A DNA stretch of 64,000 nucleotides from Octopus sinensis (Eukaryota): assembly GCF_006345805.1 (NCBI RefSeq), contig NC_043001.1, positions 69,502,001 to 69,566,000 on the forward strand. Direction: 5' to 3'. Below are positions 50,780-64,000 of the stretch, piece by piece (position 1 is the stretch's first letter; the number at the start of each line of letters is the position of its first letter). Both the position numbers and the translations under genes were made by a program. The notes beneath the pieces were generated by a model. That model saw only the letters and a program-made list of their open reading frames with translations, searched no databases and was not told the origin of the DNA.

Positions 50780-51780
50780 GCCAGACCTTTTTTCAGCTTG
50801 CAGATATCAGTTAGGAAAAGGCAAGAAAATTAAGCTCTTCTGTGGTTGGATTATTGTAACAAAGTTACTGCTCTCGAAACCGACTCTGTCGCATCATACA
50901 TCTCTATTATGTTGCTCGACATCTCCTTCCTTATGAACAGCATTCATGCATCCGTTCTTCAATACTAACACCACTAAGCCTCACTATTCAAACACATACG
51001 CTAAAGCATTCCTATGCCTACCTAGGCTCTGCAAAGGAATTCTGTTTTCGAATCCCAATACTGAGAGCTACATTTCCTCTGCAGTCATTGTTACACTCGA
51101 TTAATATTGATCTTTCATTCATCCGTTCCTGGGCTATCGACCACGCTGTCGCTATCCCTTTTATGTGCAACTATGAACCGATTCCCCTTCTTTCGGCTAA
51201 CAGCAGCTCATCGTTTCATTGAAGAAGCACCATTTATATACTACAATTAAAAACGATTCATTAAGAATTATGAAATTGTATAGGGTCTAAACGTTACATG
51301 TGTGCGTATGTTGATGGATGGATGTGGTTGAAGATACAATTTCAAGATTGTACTCTCTGACCCCAGAATCACTAAGTTCTTCCTCGTGCCACATGATATT
51401 GGCTTCCCGAAATGTAAGAATTTAAATGTAAGAAAATAAGCTCCTTAGAGCTCATCCAAAGATCACCACTCACTGGAAATGCGTTCAATTGCCCTTCGTC
51501 AATAACACTACTTCCATAACCAATCGTTTAAGTAAGGTTGGTTATGGCAGAACTGTTGTATGATGCCACAGTACCACACCACATTACATAAAATATCTGC
51601 TGCTCATCTCCATACCACATATATTGTTGCATCTGTAATCACGTTCTGCTATGTTGGTGAAACAGACTCACCCCTTGCTGATCACTTTCCTGAATTAATG
51701 TCAATTAGTATTCAAAGACATAATAGAGGCCGACTCTTCGCACAGGAACTGAAGAAAATTTAAGGAACAGTGTTCCGTTT
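50780..51780 (+). mobile_element. Degenerate Penelope-like remnant
   Basis: CYVGETDSPLADHFPE (YVGET..LADRF.EH type motif) at ~51645-51695, with RT-thumb-like fragments upstream. Confidence 0.5.
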
Positions 51781-53126
51781 CTATTCTTAGAATGTGTTAT
51801 TGATAATTTTAAATGAACATTTTCCTTTCACAGCCTCATTGATATTCTGTCAGCAGATGTTTCTCAGTTCATGTGATATCCTTTTGTTTCTACCACACAA
51901 GTGCTTGCGCACATAAACACGCTCTAACACCTCATTACGCTCTAGCACCAGGCATTTCTGACTTGTCAGAGCTTCTCAAAGCAAATAAACACTATCCCAG
52001 GAAACGATCGTTTACTCTCAGTCGTTTCGTTGTTTTTCTGCAGTTATGATGGCGTCATAATCGAAGATGGCTCGGGAGAGGGGCAATTGTCGGCGCCCAT
52101 CATCACTTCAGTTTGTATAGAGGCTACACTATACTTCACCGGACCACAGGTTTGACTCACTTTATCCTTCATAAGTTCCCCATAATCTTCCAAAACCTTA
52201 TAACGAGCTTCAATTTCATATCTATTATCACTGACTACCACTATTCGCTTTCATCTCCGTTTATTTTGCTAAACATTCTTGTTGATATATCAACATTGTC
52301 CAGCTTCTGGCCGTATTTCAGGCTTGAAGACCAATGATGTACTCATATAAGCCTTTTATCGGTCGATGATGACCAATATTCCATACATCAGACAAGTCTT
52401 TCACCATCTACTCCTGGAAAGACATATCTCTTCCCGCCAACTTTTTATTTATTTGATAAATTCGTAGGACAAACCAATAGGAAACTTTACAGAAAATTGA
52501 GGTAATAATGGAAGCTCAAAATATACTGAAAAAATGTGGAGAAAAGAATTAGACGAACGTTGAAATTCAAATAAGTAAAAACTTTACTACTAATGTTTGT
52601 CATACTATGAATTAAAACATATTCAATCACAATCCTACCCCAAAAATCGATAGAGGAAGTGTATTCATCACGCACATAAAATGGTGCGCTCTGGCAGCGA
52701 TAGACAACTTCCACTTAATAACCAGAAACTAACTAAAATATAGAAGCGAGAAATTGAAAATTGGAAGTTGGAAGTTGATTGTTGTATGAAGGAAGCAGGA
52801 AAATAAATGAAAATAAACAGGAAGCCGAGGCAAAAGAGAATAAAATTTAATAATAAAAGTTTAGACAAAGGGATAACAATGTAAATGTGAAAACTAAGAA
52901 TTTCTAAAGAAAGCACGTTGTGACAAAGATTGGTTGAGGGTGAATTTATATGAGCTCCAGTACAGTATTATATTTCGTCACTTGTTTATCGAGTAGAAAG
53001 AGTGAACCACAATGTGAACCCCTACCAGAGTTATATTGACAACAGAAATATATATATAAGGTAAGTCACAAATATATTTGGCCCAACGCCATAACATAAT
53101 ATACAACATAATAATCTGAATACAAA

Positions 53127-53175
<49 letters not shown>

Positions 53176-55073
53176 CAAGAAACTCAAATATAAATCCGTG
53201 ACCTCGTACTTTTGCAAAAGATGGTTTATTAAATGAATATTTGTGTATGTACCTGTGTATTAGGGTGGGACGAAAATGCAGCTTTCAAAATTGGTAACTA
53301 AGAATGAATATTATGCTGCGTATTTAAATTACAAGAGAAGGGTATAAAGACCTTTGCAGTTAAGTACTTTTTGCAGGCTCCGCAACGCAATTGAATATCT
53401 TAAAAATCGCTATTGTTGGTCGAATTTTGGATTTCATGGATTATATGTCGTACGAAATACATATGTCTACGTAACTGAATGCAGAACAGCAAATATAAAT
53501 TCCTAAAGAGGTTGAGTACCAAGTTTCAATACAATTGACTGATAAAGTTAGGTTCCGCAATGACTATAAAGAGATGGGAATGTGAACTTCTCTCCATTGT
53601 CGCAGCAACAGTCGTAGTGCGTGGACGTACGTTGTACGTGTGTGAAGTTTCCTGCTTCGTATCTTGACTTTAGAACTTTGTACTAAAATTCATGATCATA
53701 TTAAATTTAGCGTTGCTTACAATTAGTGATGGCTCATAAGCCAATAACGCGTCATGATACTGAACGCCCAGTATTTGGTACTCCATGTGATCTTAGCGAG
53801 TGAGTTTTGCCAACCTACAACGACGTACTACAATGTGTTTTCTTTGAACGAGAAAAAGAAAAGAATATAGTTAAGAAAGATCCTTCAATTAAAACAAATT
53901 GTCAATATTGTAACAGAAAAGATAATTCTTCTTTGGCAAGAGGCATCTATCCCTTGTGTTACGATTGAGTAAGTGAAACGGAAAATCTTAAACTTTTATT
54001 TGAAGAACCAGGCAGTATAAAAATTTGAGAAGAATAGAACCAAGTATAGTGTGTTTAAAAACAATGTAACAAAATTTTTATTCGATATATCCTGTTGCAA
54101 GTGCAACTCCTTAAAAATTTGCAGTTGTAGTAGAGGAAAAACTGTATCATAGAGAGTGCATGATTTTTTTTTACGAGAACAACGGACAAATCGAAAAATA
54201 ATCATTGGCGGAATAGATCAAGCAACATCTAAACAGAACATTCAGAGGTTGATTAGAAAACTTTTAACTATTTTGTAGATAACAAACAATTAGCATTATG
54301 TCGTTTTACGAATTTCCAAAACAACAAATCTTTGTTCCATTCTTTATTTGAGAGTGAGTTGCTAATTTTCGTCTACGAAAAAAATTAATTGGCTTTATTA
54401 CTGAAACGAAAAGGAATGCACTAAAACGATTCCTATTATTTAGTTACGTGGAATTATTTCGAATAAATTGGAAATGTTAATTATTTTTATCGCAAAAATT
54501 AGTTAAAAATAAAAAATTGGTTTACAAGTAATTTTATCTTAATATGGGTGTAGTCTAGTAATTCATAAATTCGGTGACTTGGTATTACAAATAATAAAGA
54601 AAACAAAGGCGAAAAGTCTACTTATTTCACATAATTTCGGAAATTTAAGTGCGTTGCAGAGGCCGCAGATGTATATTTTGGAGCTTCTGTTTTTAACAAT
54701 TTATTTGGTATAGAATTTTGCAAATGGCAATACATTCGTATTAAAGTAAAACACAAAATGAGAAACGCCAAACGTGATTTTCCGCTCATTATTTAAACTT
54801 TCGTGTGAGCTTGTGGAGTCTGAAGGTCTTAATTTAAGAACTTCAGATTTTAACACAATTGTTTTTACAGACTGTTGCAATAGGATATATATTCTTAAAA
54901 ATATATGTCGAAAACATATGCAACGCGTACCTTTTCGCTCCACCCTACTGTGTATACGTGGTTACAATGCATCACTCAATTTATAAATGAATAAAACTGT
55001 TGGGATATATGTGGTAATGAATGTAAGATTTATATGCCTTTATACCTAGCAACATACATATACATACATACAT

Positions 55074-55147
<74 letters not shown>

Positions 55148-56105
55148 TATATATAAGTACACACACACACACGCATTCAAATCAATATGCATTTCTACTT
55201 GTCTGAGTATATGTACACAGCTGTATCAGCGTGAAGCAGTGTTTAGCCACTTATATTTCTATGTGTGACAGAGAAACAGAGATAGAAAGTGTGCGTGTGT
55301 GTGTGTGGATACTTTATCTACACCTACTTATGTCCCATAAACTATAACTTAATTATCTGTCAATTAACAATCTTATTCGAATACCACACTCCAGAAAACA
55401 TCTGGAACTATTCCTCTCATACTACATTATCCTTCTCTCACATTTTTTGGCCTTCCCTTCCTCCTCACCTTCTGTCCTCTTTCACATCGCTCTGTCCCTT
55501 TTCTTTTTTCTTTCTTTCTCGTCCCTTCCTAATTCTTCTATCCTTCTGCCTCTACCTCTCTCCTCCCCTTCCACTTGACCGGTGTTCTGCCAAGCCTGAC
55601 CTTTCTTTCTTGGATCAGCTATCATCCATGCAACATCTATATTCCTTCCCATGCCTGCCATCTCCTATATCCCTGCTGTAAGGCTTTATTTCCACACACG
55701 CCAACTTAATTTATGTCGTCCTTAGTCGACAGACACTTGTTGGTAATGCGCCTGTTGTTTGCATTTGTATTTGTGTAGCAAGTCTCCGGACTTTTTTCCG
55801 TTCTTGTTTTTGTAAATATTCGCTGCTTTTTTTTCCAAGAAATCTAGTGCTCTTACGTTAGATTTTTCTTGGGGCTGGCCAGATTGGAGCAGTCTCGAGT
55901 ATAAACAGCCGAAACTGTAAAGAGGATCTGGAACTCGACTGAGGATAAAAAACTCCGACTGACCCGAGCATTTTTTTTCTTGTCCCTTTATGTATCATCT
56001 GCCTAAATGTTTTGTTGTCGACTGTTGCGTTCTTGTTCCATTTTTGTTTTTTATATATACATAAATACATACACACACACATATATATATATAACATATA
56101 TATAA

Positions 56106-56149
<44 letters not shown>

Positions 56150-57073
56150 GTATGTATATATGTATATACATATGTATGTATATATAAGTATATAAGAAAT
56201 TAAATATATATGGCAAATGGCGGTGCCCCAGCATGGCCACAGCTCATGAGCTGAAACTAGATAAAATGAAATAAAATAAAAAATATATATATATACACAT
56301 ATACACATACATATACATATGCATAATTATATATCTGTATATCTGTATATATTTGTGTCTGTTTGTGTGTGTGCCTATGTGTGCGTTTGTTGTGTGCGTG
56401 TGTGTTTGAGTGTGTATATGAGTGCGTGTGCTTATTGCTATGTGCGCTTTAATGAAAGCCAGAGGGGAAAATATCGTTTGTCGTCATTCTCAACTGCAAG
56501 ACATTTTGGCGACTAGTACACAATATACTAAAATACAATATGAGAAACTGTATGAAATATTAACGTCATATGTCTCATTTATAAAGTTGACCGACAAGTT
56601 GATTGAAATAGGAAAAGAAACATTATATCAACTAAATTGACTCAAGTTTATAATAAAGCTGAAAACAATATTATTTACAATAATATTTCTTTTCCATTCA
56701 CACACACACAACATACTCGTTTTATGGCGGCTATCAGAGAAAATATCTCAATATTCTGACATACACATTTATACTATTCCACGGCCCCTTAGCTTTCTGA
56801 GTAAAGCGTAGAAACAACTTTGCGACATACGTACGATGCCCGATGTATAGAGGACCAACATATCTCCAGTCATAAACACAGTCGATATAAGTACTACGCT
56901 TTTATTTTTCAAAGATATGTAGAAATAAATATGTAGAGAATCAACTCCAAACCAGAATGATACATTATTTCTTGACACCGCAATGGATAGAAAGGAGAGA
57001 TAACCTTCGTGGGTTTTGAGTTGAGAACGAAGAAAACTGGAATAACTATTGCAAAGCATTCAATCCGATGCTC

Positions 57074-57110
<37 letters not shown>

Positions 57111-57122
57111 TATATAAATATT

Positions 57123-57183
<61 letters not shown>

Positions 57184-57264
57184 AGAATTTACAAAAACAA
57201 TGACAAAGAAGTGTGTACAAACAACAAACAGACGTATTAATTTAACGCTCGAGAAGTTACAAAA

Positions 57265-57303
57265 TCTTTTACATTTCGAGCCTGCGCTCTTCGACAGAAA
57301 TAA
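57265..57303 (-). ncRNA. Hammerhead-like variant in a PLE-type terminal repeat
   Basis: TTT-CTGTCGA-A-GAGC-gcag-GCTC-GAAAT-GTA-AAAG; A6 and C15.2 are altered. Confidence 0.35.
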
Positions 57304-57823
57304 ACAGGGAGAGAAAATAGAAGAAAAAGGTTTAGTGGCTAACGATCAATCCTAGCGAATGCCGGACAGGGGGGGTCACATAGGAGAGCTAGGAAGAAGG
57401 GGAGATAATAAAGTATTGGTGGTTCAAGACGAAGGTGCGCGTCATATGTATGTGAGAGCGTGTATGTGCCTGTAGAAGGGGGATAGTGACATTGATATGT
57501 GCGTGTGTGCAGGCGTAGATGTGTGAATGATGATTTAGGTGCTGGGATGTGGTCAGTTCTAGTATTTGCGGTGTGATGTGGTGTGGTGTGTTATGGTGAT
57601 GAGTGGTGTGGCGTTGTGTCGTGTTGTGGTGTGGTGTGGTGTGATGGTGCGTGGAGTGGTGGTGTGGGATGTGATGTATAGGGATGGTGGGGGTGGAATG
57701 TGTAGGGTTGGTGTAACGAGGAAGGGGTGACGATGAAGGGAGAGAGTAGAAGGAAGAATGTGGGTAGGATTGAAGAAAAGAAGTAGGTGGTTGGAGGAAG
57801 TAGGTGTGAGAGGAAGATATATG

Positions 57824-57925
<102 letters not shown>

Positions 57926-58189
57926 TATATATATAATATATATATATAACGTGTGACGGATGAAAAGCCGCCATTTTACATTTTCTTATTTCGTGCATGC
58001 GCATTGTTTGTTTTCGATTGTTTTCGACTACACAGTATAGTTGTGCACCGTCTGTGAACAAAACAGTGCCATCACACAAAATTCATTCTGCCAGAAATTT
58101 GGAAACCACATGTTGTACTGATTGGCATTTGCGCTGAAAGTTCGAATACGAACATACGTGTGTTTGGCTGTCAATCTGAGAACCGAGCA

Positions 58190-58808
58190 ATTTGAGTACA
58201 TGCACCGAGAGCGACAACAATCAAACATCCAATCAATATCATGATGCTTGGAGTGATCATTAGTGATGGCGACTCATTCATCTTCCCACACGACTTAAGA
58301 CACAAAATGGAGGCTTAAATAAAGTACCTGGAGGAGGTAGTGCTGCCCTGGGTCAAGAGGGTTGCTGCTGGAAGAACATATGTCTGGCAACAGGACTCTG
58401 CACCACACCACACGAACAGGAGAACCCAGTCATGGCTGTCAGAGAATTTCTGCGACGACATCACCCTTAATATATGGCCACCGAATTCCCCCTTGATTAG
58501 TATGTGTGGAGCGCAGTTGAGTGAGAGACAAACAAAACTCCTTGTAACACCAAAAATGAGGTTACGGCAAGGATTATGACAACATTCACCATCTTAAACA
58601 AGGAGAACGTCCAGAAGAGTTGCAGGAGATTCCGAAGTCGTCTGGAGGTCGTAGTTTAAACCAATGGCAATTTTAGTCCATAGATATTCTCTTTAGTATT
58701 TCAAGTTATGTTTAGGCAATTTTGGTAACTATATTTGTTAAAATAAGATATCAGTGTTATTTTCATATTTGCGTAATTTATACGACACTATATTTAATGC
58801 ACCCTGTA
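58190..58808 (+). mobile_element. Tc1/mariner superfamily DD37D (maT-like) transposase remnant with right TIR
   Basis: YVWQQDSAPHHTNRRTQSWLSENF..IWPPNSP-[DCNP deleted]-LD*YVW. Restoring the deleted residues gives 37-residue spacing. The element ends ...GCACCCTG followed by TA (58807-58808). Confidence 0.75.
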
Positions 58809-59749
58809 AATATATATATGTGTGTGTGTGAACGTGACTGTGTGTGTGTGTGTGCGTGTGCACGTGTGTATATATATTTGCATGTACATATGCATATAAT
58901 GTTTTTGATACGTATGTTTCCATACAGTTATAGCTGTATGTACCTTTCGCTATATTAAACTCATACACACATACATAACGCACACATAAACACACACATA
59001 CGCTCGCACAGACACACATATGTATATGTATGTATGGATGGATGGATGGATGGATGTATAGGGAGAGAGGGTGAGAGAGAAAGAGAGCACCATCCCCTTC
59101 ACTTTAGTTGCCTTTAAGGGAATTCATTCTGCTGAAAGCTTTTATGCCGTGTAGCTGTTGTAATGATAATTTTCTTCGTATATCCACCAGTCCGAAATAT
59201 CGTAAACTAGTTAACGGCCTTTGCTCTTTGGTTTAGAGCAATTTTGTAACCCGTAATCCAAATAAATTCGCCAAATTTTCATGATACCTTTCTAATTATA
59301 ATTCTCAGTTATTAATTCCAGTGTAGCACTTACGTCTCCAAAAACATTTTTGGCTTAGAGCAATAACGTTCAAGTATATTTCAACGCTTCGTCTCATTTT
59401 AGTCTTATCGTTTTAGTAAAGTATCTGTGACACTGGTACTTCTACTTTCGAGTTTTCGTAATATTAATCAAGAAATTTGCAAGTGAAAGTTTCAGCTGAT
59501 TACGAAAACATCAACGAATTGAATGCATGTTTAAACATTTCACTAACATTCCAACGCTTAGTATAACACTTCGCAGTTCATTATATGGATCTGGTATAGC
59601 TGGATTAATTTATATAGAGGTTAGTATAACACTACTAATAAGTTTTCTCTAGGAAGCCTAGTTGTTATTTAGAATTACTTAGACAGATATAGTCGCATCG
59701 GTTGGTGTGTTTGTTTGAAACGTTTTCCTCTCCGGTACAGTAATGTTCA

Positions 59750-60610
59750 ATAATGGCTCTTTTAATGATGATCTGCCATGGCAAATACTGGGCTAAAAGA
59801 AACACAAAAGAAATAGACAAAGAAAAATCTCAACAATGGATGAGAAGCTTAGGGCTTAAAGCAGAGATTGAAGGATTTTTCATTGCAGCCCAAGACCAAA
59901 GCCTCCCTATTAGGAATTACCAAAAACATATAACGAAATGAAACATAACAAGTAACTGCAGAGTATGAAGATAGGGACAAATAGCAACAAATCGTATTGT
60001 CTCTAGCTGCCAAGTCCTGCCTAAGAACGAATATATTCACAGACACGAGAGAGTTGGGACCTACATATGCCAACACTATGGAATAACCACAGAAAGAAGA
60101 TGGTATAGGTACGCGCCAGAAATGTTCTCAGAAAATGAGATAGCAACAATACCATGCGATTTGCTAATACATGCAGATAGATAAATTAAGGCCAATAGGC
60201 CAGATATAGTTGTCAGAGATCATGAAGAAAAGAATGCTTTCTAATTGATGTATCAATACCAACAGATGACAACGTTTCTCTAAAACAAATGGAGAAACTT
60301 TCAAAACACAAGGACCTGGAAATAGAGGTAACTCGAATGTGGAGTCGAAAATCAGAAACAATTCCTAATATTGTGGGCGCATTAGGTATGACAAAAAATA
60401 TTCAGACAAATACATAAAAAAAACACCAAGCCTAACAAATATATATAACATACAGAAAAATAGCAGTACTAGGCACTGCAGCCATCCTACGTAAAACACT
60501 TTCAATATAGTAAAAGTAAGAGCATCACAGCAAAACACAGCACATACCCAAGGCACACAGAGCTAAACTCGGTATAGGAGTGAAAGCACACTAAAAAAAT
60601 TAAACCACTA
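59750..60610 (+). mobile_element. Degenerate R4/Dong 3' fragment
   Basis: SQQWMRSLGLKAEIEGFFIAAQDQSL; KANRPDIVVRD; IPNIVGALG; 3' UTR as at 62151-63309. Confidence 0.8.
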
Positions 60611-60614
60611 AATA

Positions 60615-61160
60615 GCAGTACCAGGCAATGGCTCTCATGGCTTCTGATCTTAACTGATTGGAAGTGTTATCATGTACATTGTTTTGTCTTGGTATAAAAG
60701 ATGGGCTACAGCAAATATTCTGCTCAATACCATAGATTTGCTTGTCAGTTGTTTGACCTTAACCAGTTGAGCATGTCCCTTAGTGGCTGACGATATGTGC
60801 ATCTCTGATCACGAGCAGAAGTAGTGGGGGAGCATCATAGACATGTGTTGAGAGGGATTCTTTGGGGTTTGAATAATTCACCTCTGGAAACATGGGTGGT
60901 TCGTTCAACATCCTTAAACAACCCTTATTCAGGGACCGTTTGAGCAGGATGGGCTACTCAACCTGAAGAAAATTCTAATTGGGCCCCACCTGCAAGGTCA
61001 TGTGCTGTTTATCTTGATATGAGATCACCATGTCGCACACATATGGTTGTGATGCATGTGCCTGGTGTGCCCTTATCAGACGGGTAGTCATGATGGGTAT
61101 ATTGGGCTTCGTATATTTTACCCCAGTGTCACATTGATGGCATGAACTGCTCTCTCACTC
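60615..61160 (+). repeat. Copy of the ~555-bp element followed by long (AAT)n
   Basis: Near-identical to 20252-20805; lacks the first few bases. Confidence 0.9.
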
Positions 61161-61218
<58 letters not shown>

Positions 61219-61223
61219 GTAAC

Positions 61224-61258
<35 letters not shown>

Positions 61259-61283
61259 TAACAATAACAATAACAACAACAAC

Positions 61284-61333
<50 letters not shown>

Positions 61334-61409
61334 TAAAAATAATAATAATAATAATAATAATAATAATTATAATAATAATAATAATAATAATAACAATAAT
61401 AATAATAAT

Positions 61410-62010
61410 ACATCTATAAAACGTCTAATACACAGAAATGCAGACGCTGTGGAAAGAGTGTGGCAAAATTGACCAATTTGATAAGTGGATCTAAGAGCCT
61501 TGCACAAAATGAATACAAGCGCCACCACGAGAGAATGTGTGTGTATCTTCATTGCCGTAAATACCAATATGAGGTAACAAAGAACTGGTGTGAGCATGTA
61601 CCAAGTAAAGTTATGCAGGTGGATGGAAAAGTAATGATACGCTTGGACTATGATTTTCAGACGGATCGTGTAACAGAAAACCGTCGGCCGAATATTATCA
61701 TATTGAGTAAGAGAGTTAAATAGTGTCAGATCATTGATATAGCCATACCAAATGACATGAATGTTGTGAGTAAAGAGTTTCAGAAAAATCACCTCGTACT
61801 CTGAAATGAAAGTGGAAATAGCAAGAGTGTATGGAATGCAAGAGGGTAATGTAAAAGTGATCCCAGTAGTGATCGGAGCGCTGGGCTCAATCCCATTGAA
61901 ACTTCAAGACTTTTTAAGACAACTGGAAATCCCATGCAAGATCGATGTCCAGCGAAAAGCAGACTTATTGGGCACAGCGGACGCCTTAATGGAAGTATTA
62001 TCTGTCTGAG
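61410..62010 (+). mobile_element. R4/Dong 3' fragment of a different subfamily
   Basis: ISGSKSLAQNEYKRHHE..DFQTDRVTENRRPNIII..VIPVVIGALGS..LLGTA. Confidence 0.75.
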
Positions 62011-62077
62011 TTCCTTTTAGTGACTTGAGAGATGACTAAAGACTCTAATGCATATGTATTAACACTGTATCACGAAG

Positions 62078-62150
<73 letters not shown>

Positions 62151-62151
<1 letters not shown>

Positions 62152-62712
62152 TGCCAACATTATGGAATAACAACAGAAAAAAGATGGTATAGGCACACAC
62201 CAGAAAAGGTCAGAGAAAACGAGAAAGCAACCATACTCTGGGATATGCCGATACACACAGATAGAGAAATTAAGGCCAACAGGCCAGATATAGTTGTCAG
62301 AGATCATGAAGAAAAAAATGCTTTCTAATTGATGTATCAATACAGGCTGATGACAACGTGTCTCTAAAAGAAATGGAGAAACTCTCAAAATACAAAGACC
62401 TGGAAATAGAGGTAACCAGAATGTGGAATTTGAAAAGAGAAACAATTCCTATCATAGTAGGTGCATTAGGCATGATAAAAAAATATTCAGACAAATACAT
62501 AACAAAACACCAGGACTTACAAACACATATAACATACAGAAAATTGCTCTACTAGGCACTGCGCACATCCTACGCAGAACACTTTCCATACAATAACCAT
62601 CAGGGCATCACAACAAATCACAACACATACCCAAGGCACACAGAGCTGCAATCGGTAGTGAAGTGAAAGCACGCTATAAAAATAAAACTACTGAATAATA
62701 ATAATAATAATA

Positions 62713-62747
<35 letters not shown>

Positions 62748-63306
62748 TATAATAATAATAATAATATGCCAACATTATGGAATAACAACAGAAAAAAGAT
62801 GGTATAGGCACACACCAGAAAAGGTCAGAGTAAACGAGAAAGCAACCATACTCTGGGATATGCCGATACACACAGATAGAGAAATTAAGGCCAACAGGCC
62901 AGATATAGTTGTCAGAGATCATGAAGAAAAAAATGCTTTCTAATTGATGTATCTATACAGGCTGATGACAACGTGTCTCTAAAAGAAATGGAGAAACTCT
63001 CAAAATACAAAGACCTGGAAATAGAGGTAACCAGAATGTGGAATTTGAAAAGAGAAACAATTCCTATCATAGTAGGTGCATTAGGCATGATAAAAAAATA
63101 TTCAGACAAATACATAACAAAAACACCAGGACTTACAAACACATATAACATACAGAAAATTGCTCTACTAGGCACTGCGCACATCCTACGCAGAACACTT
63201 TCCATACAATAACCATCAGGGCATCACAACAAATCACAACACATACCCAAGGCACACAGAGCTGCAATCGGTAGTGAAGTGAAAGCACGCTATAAAAATA
63301 AAACTA

Positions 63307-63309
<3 letters not shown>
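62151..63309 (+). mobile_element. Two near-identical R4/Dong 3' ends (62151-62693, 62766-63309), each with (AAT)n
   Basis: Same truncation point (ATGCCAACATTATGG) and shared frameshift. Motifs LWDMPIHTDREIKANRPDIVV, KYKDLEIEV, IIVGALG, ALLGTAHILRRTLSIQ*. Confidence 0.9.
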
Positions 63310-63367
<58 letters not shown>

Positions 63368-63370
<3 letters not shown>

Positions 63371-64000
63371 GACCAAAAATGACCAACAACTCAAGGGCTT
63401 ACTAGCGATAGTCAAAGAATTCAGTGACGAAATTAGAATGCAATTCGGCCTCGATAAATGTGCAAAAGCTACCTTTATCAAAGGAAAAATGACGGAATCA
63501 TCTAACGTTAACCTTGACCTGCAGAATGTCATAAAAGAACTAGACATGCGGAGAGCTACAAGTACCTCGGGGTAGTTGAAGGGAACGGAATAAGGCATTC
63601 AGAGATGAAGGAAATGAACAGGAGAGAATAGTATCGAAGAGTGAGAGCAATACTCAAGACAGAGCTGAATGCAAGAAACATTGATCGAAGCGATCAATGC
63701 TTACAGTTTCAATATCTTTAACTGGTCAATTACTGAAATATGTCAGCTCGACAGAAAAATAAGAAAATTGTTGACAATGCATAGAATGCACCACCCTAAG
63801 GCAGATACAGAACGACTTTATCTGCCAAGAAAAGAGGGAGGCCGTAGTCTTTTGCAACTGGCAATAACAATGAAGATTGCTACAATTGGCCTAGACACCT
63901 ACCTGAAAAACTCTGAGGACTGGATGTTAAAACTTGTCTCAAAACATGAAAACAAAAAAGCATCATACTCAGTAACAAAACAGGCAAAGGAATATCTAAG
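63368..64000 (+). mobile_element. 5'-truncated R4/Dong RT region running off the window
   Basis: NDQQLKGLLAIVKEFSDEIRMQFGLDKCAK..YKYLG..RLYLPRKEGGR; begins at (AAT)n. Confidence 0.8.

Noticed and set aside
53580-53830. CpG-richer stretch with CCAAT and ACGT motifs as a promoter
   Set aside because: Short motifs are expected by chance and there is no linked transcription unit.

Overview
AT-rich, repeat-dominated metazoan genomic DNA with long (TA)n, (AAT)n and (CA)n arrays. The SINE and LINE families look like those of octopus (inference from family recognition, not verified). There are no prokaryotic genes, rRNA, bona fide tRNA or CRISPR arrays, and most ORFs in the track are microsatellite translations. 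Recognisable elements: a 3' fragment of a HERO-like restriction-like-endonuclease (RLE) non-LTR element; many R4/Dong non-LTR pieces tied to (AAT)n; a young, frame-intact, 5'-truncated CR1-clade insertion nested in a Dong copy; several Penelope-like element (PLE) remnants (RT, GIY-YIG); RTE fragments; a DD37D (maT) transposon remnant; and three tRNA-headed SINE families. The most notable signal is a set of type I hammerhead ribozyme (HHR) motifs. They occur (i) once per unit in a ~540-bp tandem and inverted array between (TA)n tracts (7707-10914), (ii) in a related monomer with a terminal direct repeat (2168-2761), (iii) in a head-to-head palindrome of tRNA-promoter + (AAT)n + HHR units (4551-5148), and (iv) downstream of a PLE GIY-YIG ORF (37231-37312). 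A non-coding ~555-bp element found in (AAT)n tracts occurs seven times. Two clusters of short, phase-compatible candidate exons (3040-4381 minus; 27916-29990 plus) may be unrecognised host genes, at low confidence. Coordinates were read by eye, and the ends of degenerate elements are approximate.
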